A stretch of 64,000 bases of DNA from Phoronis australis (GCA_002633005.1 NMRA01000722.1:1-64000); one strand, 5' to 3'; positions 41,384 through 55,649 are shown, numbered from the stretch's first letter. Notes: generated from the letters alone by a model not told the origin. Numbers and translations are program-made.

Positions 41384-42588
41384 AAATAAATTTCGCCAAG
41401 TATATTGCTCTGACACTAAATTTGTTTTTTTTTTGTCCGATCATCACGAAATTTACACATAACACGTACTTCCGGAAGTACTGGAAGCCTATTGTTTTTC
41501 GTCAAAATCGGATCCAAGATGGCGGCTGTGGCGGCCATTTTGTTTCCATTTAAAGGTTCAAATGCTTCTGGAGGCTACAATTTTTTACATAAAAAGCTAA
41601 GAATCGGCACAGTAAATGGACCAGAAGCTTGCTACAAGTATACCGGAAATTGTTTACTTCCGGCTAAAGATGGCAGAAATATCGGCGATCGCGCATGCGC
41701 ACCTCGATTTTGGCTTAAAAACGTTTTCTCCTCTAGAGGGCGCATTATCCGACCAATTCCTTCGAATTTTTACAGGTATTAGTTTCTTGTAACATGCTAT
41801 TATACAAAGCCAAAAAACGGAAGTTGCATTCAAGATGGCGGATATGGCGCATGTTGACCCATTTTAAGTCGTGCTGGAGTGCGATTTTAAACGGGAAGAG
41901 AAAAAGACGTGATTTTTTGCATGTAGATTCTTTGAAGTATTATCTTTCAAATGGCCTGTAACAATTTTTTTCTCAGACTTACCGTTTTCGAGTTATTTGA
42001 CTTTGAAATTCTTAAAAAAAACGCAAAATTTCATTTTTTTCGAAAAATTTACGTAATTAGGCGATACCATCAGTTTAGATAGAGCTTTGAACGGGCTTTC
42101 AGAAGATGCTTCCCATTTTTCTCTACGACGTCTACTTTTTGAGTTATTTGAGATTTTGTGATAACGCTGCTCCTTTGTTGAGCGCTCTTGCTGCATTCAG
42201 ATTGGTTTAGCTTCTATTGAACTAGACTGCAGCCTATTTCTTAATGATTTATGACATCTAAATTCGTCATATGAATGTTATGATGTTCTTCATCATGGCC
42301 ACCACCATCATCATATTCGTCATCTTTGTCATCATCTCCGACGTCGTCTTTTCTTCAGTTAATTTCGCCAAGTGTCGCTCAAGACTGTAGCCTATTTTTT
42401 AGTGATTTCTGACCTCTACGTACGTTATATGAATGATATCATAACTAGGGTTGTCCATTATCGCCACCATCGTCGTCATAGCTGTCATCTTCGTCATCAT
42501 CTCTGTTGTCGTCTTTTCTCGTCCTCTCGAACGTGTTTTTTTTTGGTTAATTTCGCCAAGTTTCGCTCCTCAGAGCGCTCTCGTTTAG
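41384..42588. mobile_element. Family A element, second locus
   Basis: Colinear similarity to 19090-19850 and 18852-19075 (CAAGATGGCGG, GCGCATGCGC, CTCAGACTTACCGTTTTCGAGTTATTTGACTTTGAA). Ends GAGCGCTCTCGTTTAG. Confidence 0.85.
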
Positions 42589-45059
42589 CTTTTTGTTGCT
42601 ATTCCCCACATTGATAAATTAAAAAATAATTTCAGGCTCCCCATTAACACATCTGCACTTCACAGTATAAACGTTAATGCAATATCATGGTCATTCTAAT
42701 AATTCAATTACGGTAAGTGCAGTTAAACAGAATGTCTTTGGTGTTTTTCATTGAAACATATATGGTGTCCAAGGCTCAAGGGCATTTGAAGGATAAAATT
42801 TCACCATTTTCAGACAAAATTAATTTTTAAACTTTCCCTTTCCTCATTTCTCAAAATCTTCAAACCAAGCTGTGAATGACCACAGTTGTCTGGTTGTAGC
42901 TATGGTTACAGACTGTATCTCATAATGATCTGCTACACATCTTACATGAAAAATGAGAAAATAAAATTTCACTTAGCCACCATATTGTGTCCTAAATTCC
43001 AGTATTGAGACGCTAGTTTATGAATGGATCATCTCGGTAGCAGCCCAGATGTGCCATCAAGTCGTTAGGGACATAATTTAGGATGAGAATCCTAAGTGAC
43101 TATCTGAATATATCCACTTTTCAGATGAGGGTGTTGTTCCTGTTGCGCCACCTAGTGAGTAGCAACATATGCATTCATCCGGGACATGGATACCGGCATG
43201 AGTAAAGATGCGATGGTGTGTTCTTTGGAAACTGTGGTCAAACCTCCCTCACACACCTTGATACAACCAGTGAATGAACTCCTCATTTGGGAGACAAGTG
43301 GAACATTTTAGTTCCAGTATTCGGGTTGAGATTAAACATTTTAGTTTCAAATGAATGTTTTGTAATTTTGCATATGATTACCAAGCATGTGGTAATGATA
43401 ACTTTTTAAATGTGCAAAATTATCAGCACAACTCCTATCTCTGGCAAAAATAATTAAGTTTCAATGTTTGGAAGTAATGAACCTGATGTTGCTCAGGTTT
43501 TATTACAATGTAGTGATGAACATAATTTAAAACAACTAAACAAATTAGGTTTTGCTTCTTCATAAATTGAAATGCAAAAATGATACTGGTGTTGGAATAC
43601 ACATGAAATCATGTCAGACATGTCAGTGGAAAGATTTTGGAACATAAGCAAATTAGTAAAAGCCTTATTCACCTGGAAACCTAAGCCATCACTTGACACA
43701 TATACTATAAACAAAACTGTATAGAAATGTTGTAGTTACCATGATCAATGGATCATTGTGACCTTTCACTTCTTATTGATACAAGGATAATAACAGAAAC
43801 AGTCATTACAGCCCTGCAATGATGATGGTAAAAATGCATCACATGTGGTATTGATCTAGCCAAGTTGGATTTGAATAAACTCAACAAAACACCAATTACA
43901 ACAGCTCGAATGACGTAGATAGAAATGCGAAAGGCAAGAGAACACAAGACATCGCATATATCATCAGGCAAGCTATCAAACCATATGAAGAGAAATAAGG
44001 AAAATTAATTATTCTGTCAGATTGTAGAAAGCTTAATTACTGCTGTCTCGCCACCACCAGGTTAAGTGCAGTTTTAGTAGAATGATACATATAAATGGAA
44101 AAACTGTTGTTAACGTAGTTTGAGCCATAAATCCAGGGGGAAATTTGTTATATTTTAGTTTTCACGCACATATATTTCCATACTTCACATCCTGTCAGAA
44201 TATTTATAGCAACAGATGGAATTTATTCTTGCTTTGAAGAAAAACATTACTCCTTTGAATACAAAATCTGGGAGCTACTCAACATCAACAAATATGAACA
44301 CTTTGGTAAGAATCACTTCATGTAGTCAAGGAATGGATGCACACAAAGGGGGCAGGCTAACCCTTGTTTCAACATTAACTTTGACACAAGTCAAAACAAG
44401 ACATGGCGCAAAGTCAGTTTCACAATTCACGTGTACAGAAATTACGACAAAAGGGAAGCTTTTTATAATTAAAAACTAGTTTGAACAAGCATGTTACAAC
44501 ACAGAATTTTTCTAGTAGCCAGTTTTGATTTAGCGTTATGATAAAATATCTGTGTCACCAGATGGCAATAGGACAACCAGAACACAACATTCTTATAGTC
44601 TTGTAAGGATTTCATGCAGTGAGAAATTTTCCAAAATGTCTTCCTAAATTCTTAGCGATTATCAGCCACCAAATCTCTATAGCTTTGCAGTTGGATATTC
44701 AAACGAGTCACGCACAAAAATATCCACCACATCTGTGAATGAAAGAAATTACATTTCTTCCCTATTAACTCTACTGGTCTAGCCTACCAGAATTAGAAAT
44801 TGGGTCAAGCGAAAGACTCTTTTGTGCTCTCACGATGCAAAAGAATGTTGAAATTTGTTTCCTATTGGTAAATTTGCACACCTGCAATGAAGATGACCGA
44901 TTCCATCTCCACAATTTTGTATTTAGATGGGCTGGCAAAACAGCCAAATAGCGAACATAGTTGACAAAATGTTGTTGTCTTGTCGAAGTGCCCTGTCAAA
45001 CGCCCTTTACCAATAGTTGCACAATACTTTGCACCATGCAGAGGTGTCATGCAAGACCA

Positions 45060-45260
45060 GTGACTACAGGAGGCTGAAAAGCAATGCTAGTCGACTCAAT
45101 GACTATAGGAGGCTGAAGACGCAATGCAAGTCAATTGAATGACTATAGGAGACTGAAGAAACAATGCATAGTCGGCTAAATGACAATAGGAGGCTGAAGA
45201 CGCAATGCAAGTCGACTCAATGACTACAGGAGGCTGAAAAGCCAATCCTAGTCGACTCAA
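45060..45260. repeat. Minisatellite, ~40-bp unit TGACTAYAGGAGGCTGAAGACGCAATGCAAGTCGACTCAA
   Basis: 5 copies. Confidence 0.92.
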
Positions 45261-47401
45261 ACTCAATCAGGATAACTAACAAGGAAGGCTAGACATAAGG
45301 AAGATTTCATCGCAACTGATAATTCTAAAATAATTGATTTTTCATCTGCTAGCCACATTACTTATTGCAGTCATAGCCTTGTAATGGTACAGTCACAGCT
45401 ATCGTTTTCTACACAATGATGAATTGGTCAACGTTCGTGACGGTCAGTTAACTAGAAGAAGTCCACGATAATTTCAGCATTTTTTAGTGCCACACTGGAG
45501 TAAAACCTAATCAATATTTTGTAGATTTTCAATACAGTTAAGTATCAAGATCCATTTTTTGCCTTTTTATTTGATCAATGAATACAATAATTTACTCAAG
45601 TTAAAATCGATTTACTGCAAAAAATCAAAATAATATGCCAACAATCATGCTTGCACGCCATTAAAACAGTTTTATTGCCTTTCTAATAACTGATAAATTA
45701 AATTTTTATAATGTTTGAAGACCCACGCATCAGCGCTAAAATGCCAACGTCAAAAAGAAGTAATCCATTAGTTAGTGACAGCAAACCTTGCTTTGAAGCA
45801 ATCAGTGAACACAGTTGAGTTCATTCTTTTAGTATGTGTAAAATTACCAATGCTTATTGCAGGCCCTAGATGCCTCAATCTTCGGCCCTATTCCCCTATG
45901 AAAAACATTTCAAAACTCCATGAAATTCCCAACATCAGGCCCATTCCAATGATTCCCTCAAGATTAGAATCACTGCAATGTAAAAATATTAGTTTGAGCT
46001 AGTAGAAGCACTGGCGACCAGGAGATGAAATTGGTGGTAACATTTCAGAAGGCGTAAGGTAAGCACCTCTTCCCTCAGGTGAGCGAGAACCCTGCTTACT
46101 CACCATATCACAAAACAAACAATGGTTTCTCCACCAAAAACATGACTCAAAAGAATGGTTACTGAAGACGACCATTATATAAAAATACCTGGCAGTCTTC
46201 TGTAGACCACATCTCTTGAGAGAAAAGCAAGATCATGCAAGTGAAAATGGAATGTTTCCGGAGCAGCCTAACCTACCAAAATGGCCCCCAATGACGTGAT
46301 TGGTCAGTGAGGTTAGAACAGAATTCGTAAATTAAGTTCCATAAGCGAAGACTTCTAGCTGAAAGTGCATGCTAATGTCTCAGGTCTATAGAATGCAGGC
46401 ACGAACAACTGATGTCATACTTTATGACATGCTATCCAAAAGGACCACCAACTGAATGCTGCCAGACTTCAGCAGGATACCTTCAGTTTTGCAGCACAAG
46501 ACTGGGAAAGAGCATCATCTGGGAGCTGTTCATGTCAAAACAAACCCCCAGTCTTATAAACAAGGTACCTTCACACATACATTCAGCAACTGGGGAGCCA
46601 AAGGTGAAAATATCGTACACAAAAGATGACACTAATGTAAACATAACAAAAACTTTCTAACATTCAGCTGGAAGAACAGATATTTAAGATCACAATCCTT
46701 TCTCAGTGAAAAGGTTAGACACAATAACAAAGATGGTAACTGTGGTAGAGGAAGAATAAACAGTCAACAAACTTGGTGTAAGAGCATTAGTCATGGTCTC
46801 TTCATAACTACTTTGAATACATAAGGATATGTTTTGTAACTATCAGTAACACTGGTCGTTTTCTCATGTACCACAAAATAAGATCATGTCAAGGACATGA
46901 AAGTGCTCTGATGCCCAACATGAAATCGAATAAAAGAACTTAGAGGTGAGGTACATGGCAAAATCAAGAGCACCACTAAGCACAAGCCTGACGCCCATGA
47001 CACAGCTGGAAATGGTAAAACAACAAAAGAGCATTGAGGAATCGGGTTAATAAAGATGCAGTCATCCAATAACAAAATCTTGAATAACTCAGAACAGTGA
47101 GTGGTCGCAAAAAACAGATGAGGCTTGACAACATCCATTCATCCACGTATCAAATTTAAGAAAAATCCTTTCAACTAAAGAAGATCTATACCTCTGCAAA
47201 GCGAATAATCAAAAATGGTCACCACAGTATCATCTTTTGTTTGGTTTTGTCAAAAATAGGTTTTGAGATGATAATAATAATGTTGAGTGTTAATTTCGAG
47301 TCCGTCGGATTAGCAATGCAACCTGTACCAGGGGAACAAAGAAATAAATTTATGACAGAGTATACCAGACTTGATTACAAAATTCACTAAGCAATTAATA
47401 G

Positions 47402-47584
47402 AAGAACGTTTGGTTCTGAACACAGATAAGAACTCGTCAAATGTCTGGTTCTGAACACAGGTAAGAACTCGTCAAACGTTTGGTTCTGAACACAGGTAAG
47501 AACTCGTCAAACGTTTGGTTCTGAACACAGATAAGAACTCGTCAAACGTTTGGTTCCGAACACAGGTAAGAACTCATCAAATGT
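47402..47584. repeat. Minisatellite, 35-bp unit AACGTTTGGTTCTGAACACAGGTAAGAACTCGTCA
   Basis: 5 copies. Confidence 0.95.
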
Positions 47585-48167
47585 TTTTAACTGCCCATGT
47601 TTTAACTATAAATAGTCAACCAGCAACATCTTCGCAGTGTGAAATTACGCTAATCGACAGCTGAAAACTATCAATGATCACACAGTTTTGCTGAATGCTT
47701 ACAAGAACTAGCTCACAATTAACAAAAATTAACCAGAAATCAATATCTGGCAGAGCTTGAGAGAGGTCCTTAACCCAAAGAGGTGCAAGAGTGATTGATA
47801 GTGGTAGAGACCTGGTGTTTATACAACCAGAACATTTGTGTGTGTAGAAGGCAAATGATGTTGGTTCTATAGCTTCCATGTACATAGACATGAAATAGAA
47901 AATCAATGGTTTTATAGATTACATGGCATCAACTAGTGTTTTCCTTGCAGCATTGTTCTTATACAGATCTATGACAGAATGGTTACGGTGTTGATATCTG
48001 AGATTGGGCATTGGTAGCAACTGGTTCATCAACACATCCTATTGCTTCCTTAAAGACTGATCTATCATGTGCAGGGAATACCCAGATATGATGCCTCTTG
48101 GAGCTTTCTAGGCTATGTATATTCATTGTATTGAAGATTTCGTAATAAACATTAAAAAAGTGTAGGG

Positions 48168-48262
48168 AATATTGGTAAATAGGGCCCAGGGTATTGTGGT
48201 GAATAGGTCCCAGGATATTGTGTTGAATAGGGCCCAGGATATTATGGTGACTAGGGTATTGG
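48168..48262. repeat. Short tandem repeat, ~24-bp unit TATTGTGGTGAATAGGGCCCAGGA
   Basis: About 4 copies. Confidence 0.8.
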
Positions 48263-51200
48263 GAAAAATGTTCAAGGAATCTCGAACATTTCTTATTAAG
48301 TAGTTAACCTTCTAACATTGAGCGAAACACTCACACTTGACACAATGAGGGCGGTAGTAAAAAGAGGTATTTCCTACTACGCTTAGAATGGTCTCTTTAT
48401 TTAGTGACACTGAAACCTGAAAAAATATAATTTTCACAAAGTTAATCTCAGAATTAGTTGAACACGCAATACTACCTTCTACCCATATCTCTTAACTAAA
48501 AAAATCTTTCCGTGTGAAAGAAAATTCACAATTTCAGACCGTTCATTTACATAAGTTGATGACCCTCAACTCTCATGTTTTTTAATTATAGACACCAAAT
48601 TTAGTTTTTCAATTTCACACCCCGTGCATTAAGTTAACTAGAACTAGTAGGGTAATAAAGTTTTAGAATTCACTTTGTGAAGAACTTCAGTCCAATTTGT
48701 CTCTGAATTAACAAGGTCTATTACACTTGATTCATCCAAAACTACTAAGGATGAGAGCTAAATAAACAGCTCTGCCCTTACGCTATTGACTTTCAGGCAG
48801 ACTTCTCTCTCTAAGTAATTTATCAATCACAGTTATTTTAAAATTGTTCACTGAAAGTACCAGCAACCCTAGATCAAAAACTGCATAAGTGGTTTTGAGT
48901 CTGCAGTCAGCTGGGTATCCCTGTTTATATCAAAATCATTCTGTGAAACATCAGTTTTCCACCTATTTAGCCTGACCTTAACCTTCTTAGGGCAGTGCAC
49001 ATCTCATTTCTGTCACAGTGTGGTAGAACCAAACACCTCAGGAGCACTGAACAACCCCAGTCACAGTCACATACTGACGAAAACACTGGCATAGCTGCTC
49101 AGAATAAAGAAAACACCTTACAGTAAAAATGTCATCAATTCAGGACACAAGATGGCAACAATTGAAATATTTTCTCATGTTCTCATAAAAATATTCTACC
49201 CTGTTCAACTTAAGCTCCAATCCGGCGATATTCTGAAAAATCGTGGTTATAAACAGCAGTGTTAGAAGATCTTAAAAAAGAAAAAAGATCACATCAATTG
49301 TTAGAATTATTTTTGTCCAAAATTAACGAGATTTTTCCATAATAATACGTCTCCAAAAATAATAGGGGTAGCGCAGACAATATACAGCATATTTCCAAGA
49401 GCCTGAGCACGAACATCTGCTGACTTACTCGCAATAAAAGCTCCATTGTGGACACTCAAAACAACAGGAGAAACTGACATTTTATTCCTTTCAAAATAAG
49501 GGTGAAAAATACGCATGTGAACACAATGCTTGATGAAAATGGAGTGTTACTGAAGTATTAAGGTATACACCAGGAAGAGAGTGTAATTTCAGTGAGTAAT
49601 TTCATTATAGGCTTGTATCCATTAGTGACTTGGGAATCCATAAGACTGGTTTCAGTCAATTTACCAAACCACTGGCTGACAATATTACACAAGCGATCTT
49701 GAGCAATATGGCAGCATAACAAGGAACACACAAGTCAACACTACTAGGCATAGTCATTCATATGACAACCTGTAACTGAGACAGACCCATGAAAACAGAA
49801 AATGAAATCTTCTTGCATATTAACAATCCACCACAAAAACACAACCATGACCGTGCAGAGTTTTATATAGTGAAATGAATGCTGTCTTTACTTCACCACT
49901 ACAGCAGAGTGCCACTAGAAATGTCTATCACAGATGTGTTGCTTTCTAGTGATGGCCACAGTAAACTAAATAATTCATGACAACGAAGATGAATAATTAC
50001 TGGTTCTATAGTGCAGCTTTATCAAGCAGGAAATTTAGATTTAGTGAGGACGGTGACAACTTCCAAATACCCAAAAGAGATTTGACAAAAATTTCAATAT
50101 TCAGGCGAAAAGCAAAACCTTGTTTTGCAGGAACAATAAAAAGTCAGTCAAAATGAAGGGGTGTTGATCAGCTCAATGTCTGCAACTGATGGACTGGAAT
50201 GGACTGCTAGATTCTTTTGACACTATTTAGACAGAATGATGTAAACAGTTGCCCAGCCGACAGATAAAATCTTCTAAACCAACAGATATTGTTTACAATT
50301 GAAGAAAGAGTCTTTTGGTGATTTGTATCACACTTGGAGACCCTCCAAACATGCATTGCATCCAACAACAGTCCCTCACCGGACTTCAGCTTGGCTAGTC
50401 ATGTTACCATCAAGCTGAAGCCCCCGTCAGAGACGGACACAACGTCGCTAACTCAAGTAAGCAAATTCCAGTATTCGACATAAGTTTTTTCTATACTTTG
50501 ATACCTTAACTGGATGTCTAAAAACATTCATGTTTTTTACCAAGGAACACTGAAAATTCTTCAGCTTAGTATGGACACAATAGGGCTAAAACATTTTACT
50601 TTACTTGGGCCAATTTCTCAATTAATCCCGATATTGAGAAGGGAACCTTCACTGTTAAACCAAAGTTCACACTGAGCACTTGTCAACATACATGATACAT
50701 CATACAGATTTTTTCTTTTGAAAACATAAAACATAACATGGTAAGCTTTTGAAAACATATAAATATAGATATGACAATAATTTTTGCGCAAAATTGAAAA
50801 ACCTTTAAGTCTAATTCAAATTGTATTGATTCTATGAAAATGCAGGTCTGTTTAGAGAACTAAGCACATTGATGGTACCAAATGTATTTTCTTAGTGACA
50901 TAATGCCACACTATTACATCTCACAGGGGGGGGGGCTAACTGTGTACACATTAGAGAGTACCTGTCTTTTTAAAGTAGTCATCGGGTATGACACTCATGG
51001 CCAGGAAATCACTGCGAGTCAATATTTGACAGGATTCTTAAAATAAACACTAGCACAAAAAATAGAAGTGCATTAAGCTATTTTAACCTATGTGCTAAAT
51101 TGGATGATTTAGGACCTGTTTAACTTGGATAGTCGGCACAATAGAAGGTTAGTATGAATTGTTAAGGAACTGGACACTCAGCAATTGTCTAAAAACCTCA

Positions 51201-52497
51201 AAAGATGTATTTGTTAAAGACTCTTCCATGAGTGCTTATCAAATACCACTTTGTTTGTATCTCCCATGATGTTTAGCAGCTTAGCTTGCTATTTGGCGCT
51301 ACTTAGTCCAATCTCCTATTTAGATACCGAGATGTTTTCGGTTTTAAAAGTACTTTCTTGGCTCATAAGCACAGCGCCAATATTTTTAGGAGTTAGAGAA
51401 ATGATTACAAAACTAAGACCAGAGTGTGAAATAGCTGAAAAATATTAATGAAAACAGAGAGTTTGTGATGACTTATGATGATACAGCCCAATACACAAGA
51501 TTTGAGGCAGTATAGCTAACGGTAAATTACATGTTGTTCAGGCCTTATGTGATACATCTGGCCATATTGAATCTTGATATTGTGCAGTTTAAGGCAGCGG
51601 TGTTCCTTCGATCTATGAACCTTGAGAAAATGTAAACTCACGCTCAAGTTGGTAAGATATCGCCATTACCACTAAAGTATGTAATTATACCTAGTATTTC
51701 TCATTAGACTCTTAAAGAATGTAGCCAAGGTGGTCTCTGTCAAATCACAAGATTCTATATGTCACGAATTTACGTCATACCATGCAATACGTAAAACATG
51801 GGTGATTTCCGGAGATGCAGGACAATCGTGAAAAACAAGATCACACAAGACAATGCAAAATCACGTGAGTGAAAGGCGAGAGTTTCGTGATAACGCTTGG
51901 GATTTTACCAGAGTACCCTAAAAAAATATCTGCCTTTGAGGACTGGCTAGAACGTTAAATTCTGCATAGAATTTCCCATTTCCAATTGGTAAACTTAGAT
52001 TTTGGCAGCCAGTGCCTCATGAGTGTCTTGTAGCCACATCTGTAAGGAATAGTAACTGGTGATAGACAAAAACAACCGTATAAAAAATCTCACAATGTTT
52101 TGTATACGGCTCTCAGTGCACAGCCACATTCACAATTTGCAATTCACAGTATGTTGTAATTAAAAAACCTTCAATTCATGTCCTCTTACTCAACCGTATT
52201 CCGTCCTAGAAGCAAACTTTTCACTTAACACTAAGGAATTGGTCTCAACTAGTTCTTTACTGAGGAGAGAATTGAATTCAGAGCTTGCAGAGACAGTGGG
52301 TTATTTGTTGAGAACATGCTCAGGGCATAAAATGGCAAACCATTAAAAGCAAGAGGACTTAGCCCTGAAATCATCACCAAATTTGATGACTCAGGAACAA
52401 TTAGAGAGGCTGGCTTAAATCAAAAGTTGTTTTTTGTGACAAAAGGCAGGTTTGTAGCAGCTTTAAATGCTCTGTCGTAAATCCCTCAACTGTGTCC

Positions 52498-52735
52498 AGT
52501 AAGTATCATGAGGTGGTGTCGGGGGGAACAGCACTGCATGATGCAGGCTATGTGACCCCCCAAGGTATGTCATTAGTGCAAAGGTCACCTACTTGCAGAT
52601 TTTTTTGTTTTCACATTTACAAGTTTTCATTGAATACAACTGCACTTTGTTTAGCGTAGATTATGTTAAAATAGCATTGTTGTTTAGTTCCTGCTATACA
52701 TTAACAGTGTCAGGAGCATGGAAATACATCTTTAA
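52498..52735 (+). repeat. Dispersed repeat family C, copy 2
   Basis: Direct similarity to 11660-11895. Confidence 0.85.
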
Positions 52736-52742
52736 TATACCG

Positions 52743-53131
52743 TATACTTGATCATAGTCTCTATACAATCTGTTATCTTCAGGCATGCAGCTATGAAGCA
52801 AAACACCAAGAGACATATTGGACAAGCAAGTTAAAATAGTAGCTATGTTTCAAGACCACAAGTCTCATCATCAGTTAATGAGTGAAATGGACATATATGA
52901 AGCAAATTTATCAGTGAAATAAACGGTGACGACAGGTAGAAGGGCATGCAAGCAGGGAGCGTGAATGTATCACAGATGGGGAGCACACAAGCCTAGCGGA
53001 AAAGGGCCAGAGTGGGGTACACACCTGTGAGCTCAGCACAGGTCTTTCGTGACTGATCTGTTGTCTCCTTGTGCTAAATGCTTCATAACTGCATGCCTGT
53101 AGGAGATTGTTTTGAGACTACCAGCAAGTAT
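52743..53131. mobile_element. Older MITE with ~70-bp imperfect TIRs
   Basis: ATACTTG..TAGTCTC..ACAATC..CAGGCATGCAGCTATGAAGCA..GAGACA (52744-52815) is the inverted counterpart of 53062-53131. Confidence 0.7.
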
Positions 53132-55084
53132 GTATTAGAGCTACCTAACCATAAGTACACTCATGCCTTCAACCAATTTTATAACACAGTTATGTATGTA
53201 CCACATAAACTGAACATCTCTGGAGGTTTGTAAATTTTCACCAAGCAATTACGTGGCATTCTGATCTCAAGACTTGGTAAGCCTGGTGGTTCTTAGTAAT
53301 ATTTCGAAAAGGGTCAACCCGTTATGTACAGTGTAACCACACTTGAAACTTTTTGATGCCTGAAAATTGGTAGCTTTGAAAACAAACACATGCAGTAAAA
53401 ATTCTCCAGTTTCGAATGTTTCTAAAATTTAGGACACCGTCAGTCCGTCAGTCAAGCGGAAATTGAATTTTCTTGATTCTCAAGATTGGGACACGAAGAC
53501 TGGGACTTGGGTGATTTTGGCATTAATCATGTTTATCAGATATCAGACAACGCCTTTTGTACCAAATGAGTAAGCCAACGCAATGTTTCATGTGAGCCCA
53601 TGTTGCGCATCTTTGAGGTGAATGATGTTTGTCCTTGATTGTAATACATGAATTTAGGATAGCTAATAATTCCTATTTCCAAAATTCAGTACAGGCTCTG
53701 ACCTTGAGCAAAATAATAATTTTTTTATTGCCCCAAACTGGAGACTTTAAATGGTAGGCCAAAAAGCAACTACCTTGACATCTCATCTTAAGACTAAGCT
53801 TAACGAAACCTATGCATATACATGCTAGAAAACTTTGGCAGTAGTACGACATGGAACGCATGAATTCATTCCCTTATCCCGTGAACAGATATACAGTTGT
53901 AAAAAATCCACGAGGGATCTATACCAAAAAAGAGAACATTCATGTTATGAGAAGAAAAGTACAACTACACCATTGCACATGATGCCTTCATAACATAGGG
54001 TCCTTGCTCACCAAAGGGAAAAGGTGCCAGTGCCTTTGGCGAAGGTTGAGGAGAAAATCCTCTCCCCCTCCAGTCACCATCAATCCCCCTCTTATTTCAC
54101 ATGACTTTTAAACGTAATTGACAAGGGAATGAGTGGGATATTCAAGGGCCCTGTGACATTACATTGCAGAATCAATCCTCAACTTTTAACATCTAGTCAG
54201 AACCAGGAACACAGTCTTCAGTGTTACTAAAATAAACACATCTCTTCAGTGAACTTGTGGTCATTTGAACAACTTGAGTTAGCTTACAAATGTGGTACCG
54301 CATACAATCAACATATTTATAATGAAACCTTGTTTGGTTGTGTAAGTTACTTACTGACTAATATTAAAAAAGCTTTTAGTGATGTAGAACAAATTAATTG
54401 CAATCAATTCATTAATTAAGGTTTGGCATGAAGGAGATTTCCAAATCTAATGAATTTTCAAGCATGAATAAAAAGTTTTTAAAAAAGGTGACAGTCTCTA
54501 CCATCAATACTACACACTAATTAATCTAAAAAAAATGTGCAACAACTTTTGGCTACCCACTAGATCAAAAAAATACAAAAAAACTGTATTTGGTGATGTC
54601 ATGTGCAGAATAAATTAGCTTAGTTTAACATAAACAGGAGTATACAACTTGACAAATAAACATAGTGCTTTTCAATTTCCATACTCACAATGCAAAAACA
54701 TTGAAAATCGTTTGATTTGAAAGATTATTTGCCTTGATAACCAAAAACTACTAATTGCACCCTCACATAATATTGATCTTTATCACTCAGGGTTAGAAAT
54801 TTTATTTTAATCTCACAAGTACATATTTTTGCTTAGTATTTGAGCCTGAGTTAAGACAGTAAAAATTCATCATCTGTCAACTAATGTTGCAAAATTCTGC
54901 CATGCTGTACTTTTGAGCAATTCACCTTCGTAACAAAAACAAGTAAACAAAATCGTTTTAAAAATCTAGACAATTAATTATAGGCTTATAAGAGATGTAC
55001 TTTCATCCATTTTTAATAGGATGAAATTCACTGTATTAAGAAAATGAAGTTTGTATGTAGTTCTTTAAAGCTGTATTTGTATGC

Positions 55085-55457
55085 TCCTATGCTCATGTAT
55101 AGCAGGAACTAAACGACAATGCTATTTGAACATACAAAGTGCAGTCGTATTCATTGACAACTTGCAAATGTGAAAACAAAAAAATCTGTAAATAAGTGAC
55201 GTTGAACTAATGACACACCTTGAGGGCTCACATAGCCTGCACCATGCAGTGTTTATTTTATTCCCCAACATCATATCATGATACTTACTGGACATTGCCG
55301 AGTGACTTACACCAGATCATTTTTGACACAAAACTTGTTCTTAAAATCATTTCGATGTTTTCAACGTATGTCATATTCACATCATCGCTATAGCTTGTGT
55401 TTCTAACTAATTTGACGAAGCAATCACAGAGATAAGGAATTAGCATGCAAGTTCCAC
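55085..55457 (-). repeat. Dispersed repeat family C, copy 3 (inverted)
   Basis: Reverse-complement similarity to 11492-11875. Confidence 0.85.
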
Positions 55458-55649
55458 TTTGAGGCTCATTTGCTATAAAATAGTAAACAAGCCTCCCAAC
55501 ATTTTGAGATTTAATCAACTTTTAGTTAAACAAGATTGGGTTCACCTATTGGTAAACCTCAAAATTGTCAACTACCCAATACGGAGAGTGGTCTTTGTCA
55601 AACTGGCAATGAACTGATGTGTAACGTCAAGTCAGGATTGACTGTGACC

